This document shows positions 27,873 through 39,093 of a stretch of 64,000 bases of DNA, piece after piece. Position numbers and translations under genes: made by a program. The notes under the pieces were generated by a model. That model saw nothing but the letters and a program-made list of their open reading frames with translations. It was not told the DNA's origin and did not search any database. Source of the DNA: Myxococcota bacterium (lineage in GTDB: Bacteria; Myxococcota_A; UBA9042; PHBI01; JAWLBL01); NCBI GenBank assembly GCA_041687695.1, contig JAWLBL010000001.1, forward strand, positions 177,710 through 241,709, given 5' to 3'. How positions within the stretch are numbered: the first letter of the stretch is position 1; each line of letters begins with the position of its first letter.

Positions 27873-28673
27873 ATGGGTCGAACCGCCGCGCTCCTCATCC
27901 TGCCGGTGGCCGTCGCTTGGGTCACGCTGGGCGGGCTCGCGTCCCCCCTACGCGCCGAACCGAACGCCTCCGAGCCGGACGCCTCCGAGCCGGACGCCCC
28001 CTCCCCCGCCGAGGCACCGAGCGGCTTCGGCCCCGAGGACTACGTCCGGGTCGTCCTCGAGGCCCCGGGCCCGACGCCCTTCCACGAGATCCGCTACGAG
28101 GTCGTGCGCCGCGGCCCCGCCGCCGCCGCCATGCACCGCCGCGAGCTGCCCGGCCACGGCGAGTCGCTGCACGGCATGGCCCTGCTGACCCGCGACGAGG
28201 AGGCCGCCCTGCGCGCCCTCATCGATCGCGCGGGGGCCCTGACCCTGCCCGACGCCCCGGCCCTGCCCGCGCAACCCGGCGCCGAGGGCCTGCAGTGGCG
28301 CGTCGAGCTTTCGCTGGACGGCCGGACGCACCGCTTCCGCGTCCGCGACCCCATCAACCAGCCCGACCGCCGCTACTGGGCGCTGGTCGGCGGCGTCCGC
28401 GACGTCGTCCGCCGCCACGCGGGCGAGCAGCCCTTCCGCAACGTCTTCTTCGACCCCGGCCACCTGGGCTGGGTCAACCTGGTCTCGGTCCCCGCGGCGC
28501 GCGTCTGGGTCGACGGCTTCGACACGCGCCTCGAGACGCCGCTGTACGGCTACGAGCTGCGCGCGGGCGCCCACGAGGTGCGCCTGGTCAGCCTCGACGG
28601 CGCCTGGGACCGCACCTACACCATCCGCGTCGAGCCGGGCGGCACGACGCACCTCGCGGTGGACCTGCGATGA
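27873..28673 (+). CDS. Exported protein with a C-terminal PEGA-like domain
   Basis: Signal peptide; GWVNLVSVPAARVWVDG..TPL..LRAGAHEVRL motif. Confidence 0.65.
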   Translation: MGRTAALLILPVAVAWVTLGGLASPLRAEPNASEPDASEPDAPSPAEAPSGFGPEDYVRVVLEAPGPTPFHEIRYEVVRRGPAAAAMHRRELPGHGESLHGMALLTRDEEAALRALIDRAGALTLPDAPALPAQPGAEGLQWRVELSLDGRTHRFRVRDPINQPDRRYWALVGGVRDVVRRHAGEQPFRNVFFDPGHLGWVNLVSVPAARVWVDGFDTRLETPLYGYELRAGAHEVRLVSLDGAWDRTYTIRVEPGGTTHLAVDLR

Positions 28674-28730
28674 CGTGGCGCCTGCCGGACCCGCCGCCGC
28701 CCCCGCGCGCCGAGGTGGACCTTGCGTGAC

Positions 28731-30773
28731 ATGGGCCGGTCCTGGCCTCGCTGGCTGGGGCTCCTCTCCCTGGCGACCCTGGTCTGGTGGGGCGTGTCGG
28801 CCCTCGATCCCGACGCGCAGCGCGTCGAGCGGGTCGCCGCCGCGTCCCTGGCGCGCGCCAGCCTGGGCGCCCTCTCCGAGCACGCCGGCGGCCACGGCCC
28901 CTTGGAGGTCGGCGCGCTCGACCTGCGCTGGAGCCCCGCGTGCGAGACGGGCGGCGCCGACGTCCTCGCCCGCGCCGTCCGCGAGGTGCCGGGCGCGCCG
29001 GGACGCCTCGTCGTCGACTGCGGCCGCGACCACGGCCACATCCGGATGGCCCTGACCCTCGAGGGCCTCGGCGACGGCGCGCCCTGGCTCCACGCGGCCG
29101 ACACCCCCGTGCCCACTGGCGTCTCGCTCCTGCCGGCCATCCTGGTCGTCCTGGTCGCGCTCTTCTTCCGCAACGTCCTGACGGCCCTCTTCGCCGCCAT
29201 CGTCCTCGGCGCCCTGCTCGCCGAGGACCTCGCCATCGGCCCCGCCCTGGAGCGCGCCGCCACCAGCTACCTGTGGGACAGCGCCACCGATCCCTTCAGC
29301 CTCTACATCTTCGGCTTCACCCTCGCCCTGGTCGGCGCCGTCCACGTCTCTATCGCCATGGGCGGCATGCAGGGCGTCGTCGACCGCCTGCGGCGCATGG
29401 CCCGCGGCGTCCGCTCGACCCAGCTCGCCACCGCCCTGATGGGCCTCGCCGTCTTCTTCGACGACTACGCCAACGCGGTCGTCGTCGGCTCGTCCGCCCG
29501 CCCGCTCACCGACGGCCAGCGCATCAGCCGCGAGAAGCTGGCCTGGATCGTCGACTCGACGGCCGCCCCGGTCGCCGGCCTGGCCGTCATCTCGACCTGG
29601 ATCGGCGTCGAGATCCAGCTGTTCGAGCAGCAGCTGCCCTACCTCGGCGGCCAGGCGACCAGCGGCTACGACCTGTTCCTGCAGGTCCTGCCCTACCGCT
29701 TCTACTGCCTGTTCGCGCTGGCCCTGGTCTTCATCGTCGTCCTGACCGGCCGCGACTTCGGCCCCATGCTCGAGGCCGAGCGCCGCGCCCGCGGCGGCCG
29801 CGTCGCGCCGGTCGAGGCCCGCGGCCTGACCGGCCGCCGCCTGTCCGAGACGCTCGCCAAGCCCGGCGCGCGCCCCCGCGCCGTCAACGCCCTGGCGCCC
29901 ATCCTGCTGGTCCTGGTGGGCACCTTCGCCGCCTTCATCACCATCGGCGCCGGCCGCCTCGAGGCCGACGGCCGCGTCCTGTCGCTGCTCAGCCCCGCCG
30001 ACCTCGGCGACGCCTTCATCGCGGTGGGCGACGACAACGTGGCGGTCCTGTTCTGGGCCGCCGTGGCCGGCAGCGTCCTCGCCCTCGCCCTCGCCCTCGT
30101 CCAGCGCCTGCTCACCGTGCGCGAGGCGCTGGTCGCCTGGCTCCACGGCGCGCGCACCATGCTGGTCGCCGTGGCCATCCTCATCCTGGCCTCGGGCATC
30201 CGCAAGGTCACCGAGGACCTCGGCGCCGCCAGCTTCATGGTCGCCCTGATGGGCGACGTCGAGGCCTGGACGCTCCCGGTCGTCACCTTCCTGGTCGCCG
30301 CCGCGGTCGCCTTCAGCACCGGCACCAGCTGGGGCACCATGGGCATCCTGCTGCCCGTCGCCATCCCGCTCGCCGCCGCCGTCACCGCCGAGCAGGGCGG
30401 CGCACCCATCGTCCTGCTGCTCGTCGCCGCCTCCGTCCTCGACGGCGCCATCTTCGGCGACCACTGCTCGGTCATCAGCGACACCACCGTCATGAGCTCG
30501 ACCGCCTGCCACTGCGATCACGTCGCCCACGTCCGCACCCAGATCCCCTACGCCCTGCTGGCCATGGTCGCCGCGGCGGGCGCCGGCTACCTGCTCGCCC
30601 CGCAGCTGGGCGGCGGCCTGGCCGTCCTGGGCTGCCACGCCGCGGGGCTGGCCGCGATGTTGCTCTTCGTGCGGGTCCGTGGCCGCATCGCGCGCGCCGA
30701 GGCCTCGCCCGCCGCGACGCCGGCCGCCGGGGGCGTGCCCGCCTCGAAGGCCGCCGCCGCGCGCGAGCCCTGA
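28731..30773 (+). CDS. Na+/H+ antiporter NhaC-family transporter
   Basis: FFDDYAN, SREKLAWIVDSTAAP, FSTGTSWGT and GAIFGDHCSVISDTT..HVRTQ motifs. Confidence 0.9.
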   Translation: MGRSWPRWLGLLSLATLVWWGVSALDPDAQRVERVAAASLARASLGALSEHAGGHGPLEVGALDLRWSPACETGGADVLARAVREVPGAPGRLVVDCGRDHGHIRMALTLEGLGDGAPWLHAADTPVPTGVSLLPAILVVLVALFFRNVLTALFAAIVLGALLAEDLAIGPALERAATSYLWDSATDPFSLYIFGFTLALVGAVHVSIAMGGMQGVVDRLRRMARGVRSTQLATALMGLAVFFDDYANAVVVGSSARPLTDGQRISREKLAWIVDSTAAPVAGLAVISTWIGVEIQLFEQQLPYLGGQATSGYDLFLQVLPYRFYCLFALALVFIVVLTGRDFGPMLEAERRARGGRVAPVEARGLTGRRLSETLAKPGARPRAVNALAPILLVLVGTFAAFITIGAGRLEADGRVLSLLSPADLGDAFIAVGDDNVAVLFWAAVAGSVLALALALVQRLLTVREALVAWLHGARTMLVAVAILILASGIRKVTEDLGAASFMVALMGDVEAWTLPVVTFLVAAAVAFSTGTSWGTMGILLPVAIPLAAAVTAEQGGAPIVLLLVAASVLDGAIFGDHCSVISDTTVMSSTACHCDHVAHVRTQIPYALLAMVAAAGAGYLLAPQLGGGLAVLGCHAAGLAAMLLFVRVRGRIARAEASPAATPAAGGVPASKAAAAREP

Positions 30774-30790
30774 GCCGCGCGAGGAGCCCC

Positions 30791-31609
30791 ATGACCCGAC
30801 TGCAGATCCTGCGCCGAGGCGTCGACCGCCCCCCGGCCGTCGCCGGCCGCTTCTACCCGGACGACCCGCTGGCCCTCGAGGCGCTGGTCGACGCCCTGGT
30901 CGCGCAGGCCCGCGCCCACGTCCCCGGCGGCGAGGACGTCCGGATCGTCCTGTGCCCCCACGCGGGCTACGCCTACTCGGGGCCGACCGCCGGGGCCGCC
31001 TTCGCCGCCGTGCCCGCCGACGTCTCGCGCGTCGTCCTGGTCGGCCCGGCCCACCGGGTCGCCTTCGACGGGGTCAGCGCCGGCGACTTCGCCCACTACG
31101 TGACGCCGCTCGGCGCGCTGGCGGTCGATCGCGAGGCCATCGCCGACCTCGAGTCGCGCAGCCTCGTCACCTGCGTCCCCGAGGCCCACGCGGCCGAGCA
31201 CTGCCTCGAGGTCATCGTGCCGTTCCTGCAGGTCGTCTGCGGCGACCTCGAGATCCTGCCGCTGCTGGTCGGCCGCGCCGGCCCCGAGGCCGTCGACGCG
31301 GTGCTCGAGGCGGCGCTGGCCCCGGGCGACCTGCTCGTCGTCAGCTCGGATCTGTCCCACGGCCTCGGCTACGACGAGGCCTGCGCCCGCGACCGCCGGA
31401 CCCTCGAGGCCGTCGCCTGCGGCGAGTGGCGCCACCTGAGCGGACACGACGCCTGCGGCCACAAGGGGCTCGGCGCGGCCATGCGGCTCGCGGCGCGCCG
31501 CGGCTGGCGCCCCGATCTGCTGGACTACCGCAACTCGGGGGACACCGCCGGGAGCCGTGCCGCGGGGGACTACATCGTCGGCTACGGCGCCGCCTGCTGG
31601 ACCGCGTGA
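30791..31609 (+). CDS. amrB: AmmeMemoRadiSam system protein B (MEMO1 family)
   Basis: RPPAVAGRFYP, PHAGYAYSG, GPAH, EHCLE, SSDLSH, DACG and NSGD..VGY motifs. GAGGAG before ATG. Confidence 0.9.
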   Translation: MTRLQILRRGVDRPPAVAGRFYPDDPLALEALVDALVAQARAHVPGGEDVRIVLCPHAGYAYSGPTAGAAFAAVPADVSRVVLVGPAHRVAFDGVSAGDFAHYVTPLGALAVDREAIADLESRSLVTCVPEAHAAEHCLEVIVPFLQVVCGDLEILPLLVGRAGPEAVDAVLEAALAPGDLLVVSSDLSHGLGYDEACARDRRTLEAVACGEWRHLSGHDACGHKGLGAAMRLAARRGWRPDLLDYRNSGDTAGSRAAGDYIVGYGAACWTA

Positions 31610-31708
31610 CCTCCGAGGCCGCCCCAGGGCTGGCTTCGGGCTGGAAACACGGGATCCCATCCCCTATAAAGCCCCGGTTACGGTCGTCACCGGGACGTCA
31701 CCTGGTCT

Positions 31709-34192
31709 ATGGAACGAAATCTAGCCGCCTCCGCCGCCCCCTCCCTGGTCACGCCCGCCTCCCGGACGCGCTGGCCGGGCCCGCCGCGCCCGGTCACCCT
31801 GCTCCACGTCGCCGCGCTGCTCGTGCCGCTGAGCCTCATCGTGCTCGGGTGCAAGCTCCACAAGGGGCTGACCCTGTCGAGCGACCTGGGCTTCGGTGAC
31901 GTCGTCGGCCTGCTGGCGCAGGACGTCGGCTTCCTGGGCCTGTACGGCCTGGGCTGGACGGTCGCGCTGGCCGCCGGCGCCGGAAGGCGTTGGCTGCGCT
32001 GGGCCACCGGGTCCGCCTTCCACGTCGTGACCTTCACCCTGATGGTCGTCGCGGTCATCGAGCACGGCTTCTTCGTCGCGACCGGCACCAGCCTCGACTG
32101 GTACATGGTCGAGTACGGCTACCAGAACTTCGGCGCCTTGAAGGACGTCATCGCCAGCGAGGTCAAGGCCCCCGTCTGGATCGGGTTCGGCACGCTGGTC
32201 CTGCTGGTCACGGCGCCGCTGGCGCTGGCCCGCCTCCCGTTCGTGCGCCGCCTGGCCGCGCGCGAGGTGAGCGCCGGTGACTGGACGCGGCCCTGGGCCG
32301 TCCCGCTGCACGCCAGCGTGGTGCTGACCATCGCCCTGGGGCTCGGGCTCACCGGCGGGAGCGTCGCCGACGACCTGGTCTCGCTGCGCCAGAACGTCTA
32401 CGTCGACCTCGGGGGCGAGGCCATCGCCGCCGCCCTGACGCCGCCGGCCGAGGAGATCGCCCGCGCGGCCGAGCCGTGGAGCCCGCTGCGGGTCACGGCC
32501 ACCCAGGCGACGCGCCGCCACAACGTGGTGCTGGTCGTGCTCGAGTCGTCGCGCGCCTCGGCCTTCAGCCCCTACGGCGCGCCGGCCGATCTCACGCCCA
32601 ACTTCACGAAGCTGGCCGATCGCGGGCGCCTGGTGAAGAACGGCTACACGGTCATCCCGCACACCAGCAAGGCGCTGGTGGCCATCCAATGCGGCATGTA
32701 CCCCAAGATCGCGACGCCCATCGACGAGGCCGCCCCCGGCGCGCTGCCGTCTGAGTGCCTCGCCGGGATCCTGCGCGAGGAGGGCTACGCCACGGCCTTC
32801 TTCCAGCCGGCCGAGGAGAACTTCGAGCGCCGCCGCGAGCTGGTCGCCAACTTCGGCTTCGAGCACTTCGTCGGGCGCGAGGGCCTGGCCGAGGCCGGCT
32901 ACAAGGAGAGCAACTACTTCGGCTACGAGGACGACGCGATGATCGGCCCCGCGATGGCGTGGGTCGACGAGGTGTCGAAGAAGGGGCCGTTCCTGCTCAG
33001 CGTGCTGACGCTGACGGCGCACCACAACTACCAGATCCCGCCCGGCTTCAAGCGCCGCAAGCTGGCGGACAACCCCACGCTCGACCGGTACCTGAACACC
33101 ATCGCCTACACCGACCGCTTCCTGGGCAAGCTGGTGGACGAGCTGGACCGCCGCGGGCGCCTCGAGGACACGCTGTTCCTGGTCGTGGGCGACCACGGCG
33201 AGGCCTTCGGCGAGCACAAGCGCAACCAGCACGACAACGTGCTGTACGAAGAGGGCGTCCACGTCCCGATGCTGGTCGCCGGGCCCGGGGTCGAGCCGGG
33301 GTCGCCCATCGAGGGGCTGCGGCAGAGCATCGACATCGTGCCGACGGTGCTGGATCTGCTGGGCTACGACGTGCGCGGAGGCCTCATCGCCGGCAAGAGC
33401 CTGATGGAGCCCGAGGGCCACGACCGCATCTACACGTCGTGCTGGTACAAGGACAACTGCATGGCGGTCCGCGTGGGCCCTCGCAAGATCCTGTATCACT
33501 ACCAAAAGCGGGGCCTCGAGGTCTTCAACGTGGTCGACGACCCGGGCGAGACGGTGAACCTGGCCGGCGAGGGCAACTCGCTCACCCGGCTCGAGATCGA
33601 CGCCGCGATCGAGGACATGAAGGGCTGGAAGGAGCGCGTCAACGCCATCTACGCCGCGGGCAGCCGCAGCCAGAAGGAGAAGTTCGTCTCGAGGACGGCG
33701 CCGACCCCGCGCTTCCCGCTCGACGTGCAGCTGGGCGAGCACGTCAAGCTCATCGGCTACGACCTCGAGTCGACCGAGCTGGTCGTCGGCGTGCCGACCG
33801 TCGTGACCTACTACTTCCAGGTCCTTGGCAACCCCGGCCCGGGCTGGCGCCTGTTCACGCACCTCGAGGGCCCCAAGTTCATCAACGTCGACCACACGGC
33901 CGTCGAGGGCACCTACCCGGCCTCCGAGTGGCAGGCCGGCGAGTACATCGAGGACCGGCACACCTTTCGCATCAACCCGGGCCGGCCCGCCGGGCGCTAC
34001 AAGCTGAAGATCGGCCTGTACGACGAGGGCGGCAAGGGCCTCGAGGCGCGCGCGCTGCCGGTCGACCTCCGCAAGCAGGGGGGCGAGCCGGGGGTCGAGA
34101 TCGACGACAAGCGGCGGGTCACCATCGCCACGTTCGAGGCCACCGATCCCAAGAACGCGATTGTAGAGGATGGCCACACCGACGGACATTGA
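31709..34192 (+). CDS. LTA-synthase / sulfatase-superfamily membrane enzyme with a C-terminal Ig-like domain
   Basis: N-terminal TM helices; VLES, HTSKA (putative Thr nucleophile), GDHGE and HVPM motifs. Confidence 0.82.
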   Translation: MERNLAASAAPSLVTPASRTRWPGPPRPVTLLHVAALLVPLSLIVLGCKLHKGLTLSSDLGFGDVVGLLAQDVGFLGLYGLGWTVALAAGAGRRWLRWATGSAFHVVTFTLMVVAVIEHGFFVATGTSLDWYMVEYGYQNFGALKDVIASEVKAPVWIGFGTLVLLVTAPLALARLPFVRRLAAREVSAGDWTRPWAVPLHASVVLTIALGLGLTGGSVADDLVSLRQNVYVDLGGEAIAAALTPPAEEIARAAEPWSPLRVTATQATRRHNVVLVVLESSRASAFSPYGAPADLTPNFTKLADRGRLVKNGYTVIPHTSKALVAIQCGMYPKIATPIDEAAPGALPSECLAGILREEGYATAFFQPAEENFERRRELVANFGFEHFVGREGLAEAGYKESNYFGYEDDAMIGPAMAWVDEVSKKGPFLLSVLTLTAHHNYQIPPGFKRRKLADNPTLDRYLNTIAYTDRFLGKLVDELDRRGRLEDTLFLVVGDHGEAFGEHKRNQHDNVLYEEGVHVPMLVAGPGVEPGSPIEGLRQSIDIVPTVLDLLGYDVRGGLIAGKSLMEPEGHDRIYTSCWYKDNCMAVRVGPRKILYHYQKRGLEVFNVVDDPGETVNLAGEGNSLTRLEIDAAIEDMKGWKERVNAIYAAGSRSQKEKFVSRTAPTPRFPLDVQLGEHVKLIGYDLESTELVVGVPTVVTYYFQVLGNPGPGWRLFTHLEGPKFINVDHTAVEGTYPASEWQAGEYIEDRHTFRINPGRPAGRYKLKIGLYDEGGKGLEARALPVDLRKQGGEPGVEIDDKRRVTIATFEATDPKNAIVEDGHTDGH

Positions 34193-34314
34193 GGTGTAGT
34201 CGTTCTCTACACTCGCCGCGCGGCCGAGGGCGGCCGGTTGGAAGGCCGAGGGCGGCCGTTCGGGCGCGTCTTGCGGTGAGGCGCCTCCCTGCCCATGATG
34301 GCGTGCGACTTGCA

Positions 34315-34343
34315 GGTGATGTACGTCACACCTCGTCACACCT
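34315..34343 (+). promoter_or_regulatory. CRP/FNR-like site overlapping a 10-bp direct repeat
   Basis: GGTGA-TGTACG-TCACA (9/10 match to TGTGA-N6-TCACA) and CGTCACACCT x2 at 34324-34343, upstream of ATG 34368. Confidence 0.4.
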
Positions 34344-34367
34344 GCACCACGCTCCTGGAGGGGACCC

Positions 34368-36107
34368 ATGAGGACGATGACCCGGCTGGCCCGTCGGCAC
34401 GCGCCGCTCTCCGCCGCGGCCCTGGCGCTCGCCGCCGCCGCCGCCACGCTCGCGACGCCCACCACGGCCACCGCCTGCGGCGGCTTCTTCTGCAACCAGC
34501 AGCCCATCGACCAGGCGGGCGAGCAGATCGTCTTCACGGTCGCCGGCGACCAGATCCAGGCGACCATCCAGATCTCGTACAGCGGCGAGGCCAAGGACTT
34601 CGCCTGGGTCATCCCGGTGGCGTCCAAGCCGACCCTCAGCGTCGGCTCGCAGGCCCTCTTCACGCGCCTCGACCAGTTCACGCGCCCGCAGTTCTACCTG
34701 CAGTGGGACAACTCGGACGGCCAGTGCGGCGGGTGGTGGATGTGGGAGGCCGACGCCGCGGCCGGCGGCCCGCCCGCGCCCTCGAACGACGACGGCGTGC
34801 AGGTCGTCGCCCAGGAGGAGGTCGGCCCCTACCAGACGGTCACGCTCGACTCCGACGACGCCGACGCGCTGGTCAAGTGGCTCAACGACAACGACTTCGA
34901 CCAGCCCGCCGAGTCGCTGCCGCTCATCGAGCACTACGTCGCGCAGGACATGCTGTTCGTCGCGCTCAAGCTCAAGCAGGACGCGGGCGTCGGCGACATC
35001 CAGCCCATCGTGCTCGAGTTCCAGGAGCAGAGCCCCTGCGTGCCGCTGGTCCTGACGCAGATCGCGGCCCTGCCGGACATGCCGGTGCGCCTGTGGATCT
35101 TCGGCGAGTCGCGCGCGGTCCCGAGCAACTGGTTCCACGTCGTCATCAACCACAAGAAGATCGACTGGCTCAACGGCGGCGCGAACTACTCCGATCTGGT
35201 GACCCAGGCGGTCGACGAGGCCGCCGGCCACGGCTTCGTGACCGAGTACGCGGGCACCTCCGAGGTGCTGAAGGAGCAGCTGTACAAGGAGGGCCAGTAC
35301 GACATCGCCAAGCTGGCCGCCATCAGCGATCCGGGCGACTTCATGGAGGAGATCATGGCCCAGCAGTTCCCGGCCGACTCGGTGCTGCGGGGCCTGCTGC
35401 GCAAGTACATCCCCATGCCGCAGAGCCTGGTCGACGAGGGCGTGAGCGAGAACCAGTTCTACAACAGCCTGTCGAACTACGAGTACGCGCTGCCCGAGGA
35501 CTACGCGCTGGACGGCGCGGCCTTCGCGGCCGAGCTGGACGACAAGGTCGTCACGCCGCTGAAGAACGCGCAGACGGCCATCGATCGCCACCGCTACATG
35601 ACGCGGCTGTACACGACCGTGTCGCCCGAGGAGATGAACCGCGACCCGCTGTTCCACATGAACCCGGATCTCCCGGACGTGTCGAACGTGCACACCGCCA
35701 GCGGCAAGGCCGAGTGCGGCGACGACGGCCAGGTCGCCAAGATCGTCATCACCCTCGAGAGCGGCGAGACGGTCGAGATCCCGGGGCCGTTCGACAACTG
35801 GTGGAGCGTGCCCGTGGCCGACTACGCGCCCAACGAGCCGGCCGCGGCGCGCATCGAGCTGGTCGGCGCGACCGGCGAGCCGACGCTGGTCGATCCGACC
35901 AAGGCGCGGCAGGTGGACGGGCGGCTGGACAAGTCGACCCCGATCCAGGTCATCAGCGAGCTCGAGCCGTTCACGCCGCCGGCGACGCCGGGTCCGAGCG
36001 GCACGGCCAAGTCCACGGGCGGCTGCGCGGGCGGCGCGGCCGGTGGGCTGGGCCTGGCGCTGGCCGGGCTGGCGCTGGCCGGGCTGCGCCGGCGCCGCGA
36101 CGCCTAG
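34368..36107 (+). CDS. DUF2330-like exported protein with a MYXO-CTERM-like sorting tail
   Basis: ACGGFFC..QAGEQIVF, FAWVIPV and FVALKL motifs; C-terminal GGCAGG, hydrophobic stretch, RRRR. Confidence 0.8.
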   Translation: MRTMTRLARRHAPLSAAALALAAAAATLATPTTATACGGFFCNQQPIDQAGEQIVFTVAGDQIQATIQISYSGEAKDFAWVIPVASKPTLSVGSQALFTRLDQFTRPQFYLQWDNSDGQCGGWWMWEADAAAGGPPAPSNDDGVQVVAQEEVGPYQTVTLDSDDADALVKWLNDNDFDQPAESLPLIEHYVAQDMLFVALKLKQDAGVGDIQPIVLEFQEQSPCVPLVLTQIAALPDMPVRLWIFGESRAVPSNWFHVVINHKKIDWLNGGANYSDLVTQAVDEAAGHGFVTEYAGTSEVLKEQLYKEGQYDIAKLAAISDPGDFMEEIMAQQFPADSVLRGLLRKYIPMPQSLVDEGVSENQFYNSLSNYEYALPEDYALDGAAFAAELDDKVVTPLKNAQTAIDRHRYMTRLYTTVSPEEMNRDPLFHMNPDLPDVSNVHTASGKAECGDDGQVAKIVITLESGETVEIPGPFDNWWSVPVADYAPNEPAAARIELVGATGEPTLVDPTKARQVDGRLDKSTPIQVISELEPFTPPATPGPSGTAKSTGGCAGGAAGGLGLALAGLALAGLRRRRDA

Positions 36108-36126
36108 TCCGTTCCACGGTCCCCAT

Positions 36127-36168
36127 GACGAGCCCCCGCCCCGCCTCGCGCGGCGCGGGGGCTTCGTC
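36127..36168. terminator. GC-rich hairpin between convergent genes (possible bidirectional terminator)
   Basis: GACGA-GCCCCCGC..CCGC pairs with GCGG..GCGGGGGC-T-TCGTC. No U-tract. Confidence 0.55.
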
Positions 36169-36170
36169 GT

Positions 36171-37007
<837 letters not shown>

Positions 37008-37060
37008 GGGCGACTCCGGGTGCGCGGGGCAGGACGCGCGAGCCGGCGCGCCGATTCCCC

Positions 37061-38047
37061 TCAGGCCCCGCGCGCGACCAGGCGCCAGCTGCGGTGGATG
37101 GGCCCGCGGAAGTCCGGCGGGACCGTCTTGTGGGTCATCTCGGTGGCGTTGGCGCCCAGGCCGTCCAGGTCGGGCACGAAGCGTCGGAAGTTGGTCGAGA
37201 ACCAGACGACGCCGCCCGGCGCGACCAGGCGCAGGATGCGCTCGAGCATGGGGCGGTGGTCGCGCTGGATGTCGAACACGTCGGCCATCTTCTTGGAGTT
37301 CGAGAAGGTCGGCGGGTCGACCACCACCAGGTCGTACTGCTCACGGCGGCGCGCCGGGTCGTCCAGCCAGGCCAGCACGTCGGCGCGCTCGAGGCGGTGA
37401 TCGCGGCCCTGGAAGCCGTTCAGCGCCAGGTTGTCACGGGCCCACGCCAGATAGGTGTTCGACATGTCGACGGTGGTGGTCGAGCGCGCGCCGCCGGCCG
37501 CAGCGTACACCGAGAAGGCCCCCGTGTAGGCGAAGAGGTTCAGCATGCGCTTGCCCGCCGCCTCGCGCTCGACCAGGCCGCGGGTGACGCGGTGGTCCAG
37601 GAACAGGCCCGTGTCCAGGTAGTCCGTCAGGTTGACCAGGAAGCGGTGGCCGCCCTCCGAGACGACGAAGCGCTCGCCCTCGTCGCCGACGCGCTCGTAC
37701 TGGCTCAGGCCCTTCTGGCGCTGCCGCGTCTTGACGAAGGCGTCGTCGGGCGACACGCCGAGCTGCGCGGCCGAGGCCGAGACCATCGCCTCGATCCAGG
37801 CGTCGTCGGCCTCGTCGACGCCCCGCCGCGCGAACTCCGAGACGTGCAGCCGCCCCTCGTACCAGTCGATGGCCAGCGGGACCTCGGGGATGTCCCGGTC
37901 GTAGACCCGATAGCAGCCGACGCCCTCGCGCGCCGCCCACTTGCGTAGGCGCCGGACGTTCTTGGTCAGCCGGTGCCGCAGCATCTCGGCCTGCGCCGCG
38001 GTCCGCTCGGCCACGGCCGCGCCATCCTGAGACGAATCCTCAACCAT
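37061..38047 (-). CDS. Class I SAM-dependent methyltransferase resembling the RlmK half of RlmKL
   Basis: YRVYDRDIPE, NLTDYLDTGLFLDHR, LNLFAYTG, VDMSNTYL and DPPTFSNSK motifs. Confidence 0.88.
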   Translation of the reverse strand: MVEDSSQDGAAVAERTAAQAEMLRHRLTKNVRRLRKWAAREGVGCYRVYDRDIPEVPLAIDWYEGRLHVSEFARRGVDEADDAWIEAMVSASAAQLGVSPDDAFVKTRQRQKGLSQYERVGDEGERFVVSEGGHRFLVNLTDYLDTGLFLDHRVTRGLVEREAAGKRMLNLFAYTGAFSVYAAAGGARSTTTVDMSNTYLAWARDNLALNGFQGRDHRLERADVLAWLDDPARRREQYDLVVVDPPTFSNSKKMADVFDIQRDHRPMLERILRLVAPGGVVWFSTNFRRFVPDLDGLGANATEMTHKTVPPDFRGPIHRSWRLVARGA

Positions 38048-38136
38048 ACCGCTAACTTGCACTACCCGGAAGCGGCCCCCTAGGCTTCGACGCTCCCACC
38101 GAGCCGCCCGGCTCGCAGCGCCTGGAGGCCCGCCCC

Positions 38137-39075
38137 GTGCGAACCCCGACCCGTCCCGCCGCCTTCCTCCTCACGCTGGCCCTTTGTGTCACCTTCGCGA
38201 CCGCCGCGCCAGCCCAGACCGCCCCCGCCGCTCCCGCCTCCCCCGGCGGCCCCGGGGCCGGCTCCGTCCTGCGCCAGGAGCGCCCCGACGCCCTCGACTG
38301 GAAGTTCCCGCGCTTCCGCGCCAGCCAGTACGGCGCCACGGCCGGCCTGCTGACCGGCATGCTGGCCATCGACGTGCTGGGCCTGAAGTCCTCGGACGTC
38401 CGCTGGTCGGGCGGCGTCCTGCTGGACGACTTCGTCCGCGACGAGCTGCGCGCCGGCAGCCAGGCCGGCCGCGACCGCGCCGACCAGGCCAGCGACGTGC
38501 TGCTGTGGTCGCTGATGGCCGCCCCGATGCTGGACGCCGGCCTGACCGCGGGCGTCGCGCACGGCAACGGCGACGTCGCCTGGCAGATGGCGATGATCAA
38601 CGCGCAGTCCTTCGCCGTGACCGGCCTGACCCAGAAGGTCACCAAGCGCGTCTTCGGCCGCGCGCGCCCGTACACCGAGGAGTGCGCCAAGGACCCGGAC
38701 GCCAAGCACTGCGGCTCGAGCAGCTCGAACCAGGGCTTCATCAGCGGGCACTCGGCCATGGCCTTCACCGCCGCGGGCCTGATGTGCGCGCACCACGAGA
38801 ACCTGCCCCTGTACGGGGGCGGCTTCGCCGACCGCGCGGCCTGCGGCGTCGCCCTGGGCGCCGCGACCGCCACCGGGCTGCTGCGCATCTCGGCCGACAA
38901 GCACTACGCGACCGACGTCCTCGCGGGCGCCGCGGTGGGGCTGGCGTCCGGGTACCTGCTGCCCAAGTGGCTCCACTATGGGTTCGGCGACGACGACGAC
39001 GAGGGCGTGCCGGACACCTACGTCGCCCCGGCCGCCGGCGAGTTCACCGGGTTCACGATGGGCGGCCGCTTCTGA
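38137..39075 (+). CDS. PAP2-family phosphatase, membrane protein
   Basis: KRVFGRARP, FISGHSA and RISADKHYATDV motifs. Confidence 0.85.
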   Translation: MRTPTRPAAFLLTLALCVTFATAAPAQTAPAAPASPGGPGAGSVLRQERPDALDWKFPRFRASQYGATAGLLTGMLAIDVLGLKSSDVRWSGGVLLDDFVRDELRAGSQAGRDRADQASDVLLWSLMAAPMLDAGLTAGVAHGNGDVAWQMAMINAQSFAVTGLTQKVTKRVFGRARPYTEECAKDPDAKHCGSSSSNQGFISGHSAMAFTAAGLMCAHHENLPLYGGGFADRAACGVALGAATATGLLRISADKHYATDVLAGAAVGLASGYLLPKWLHYGFGDDDDEGVPDTYVAPAAGEFTGFTMGGRF

Positions 39076-39093
39076 GGCCGGCGAGCGGCGCGC

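Noticed and set aside
28670..28729. 19-codon ORF between the PEGA and NhaC genes
   Set aside because: Too short and featureless to support; may be chance.
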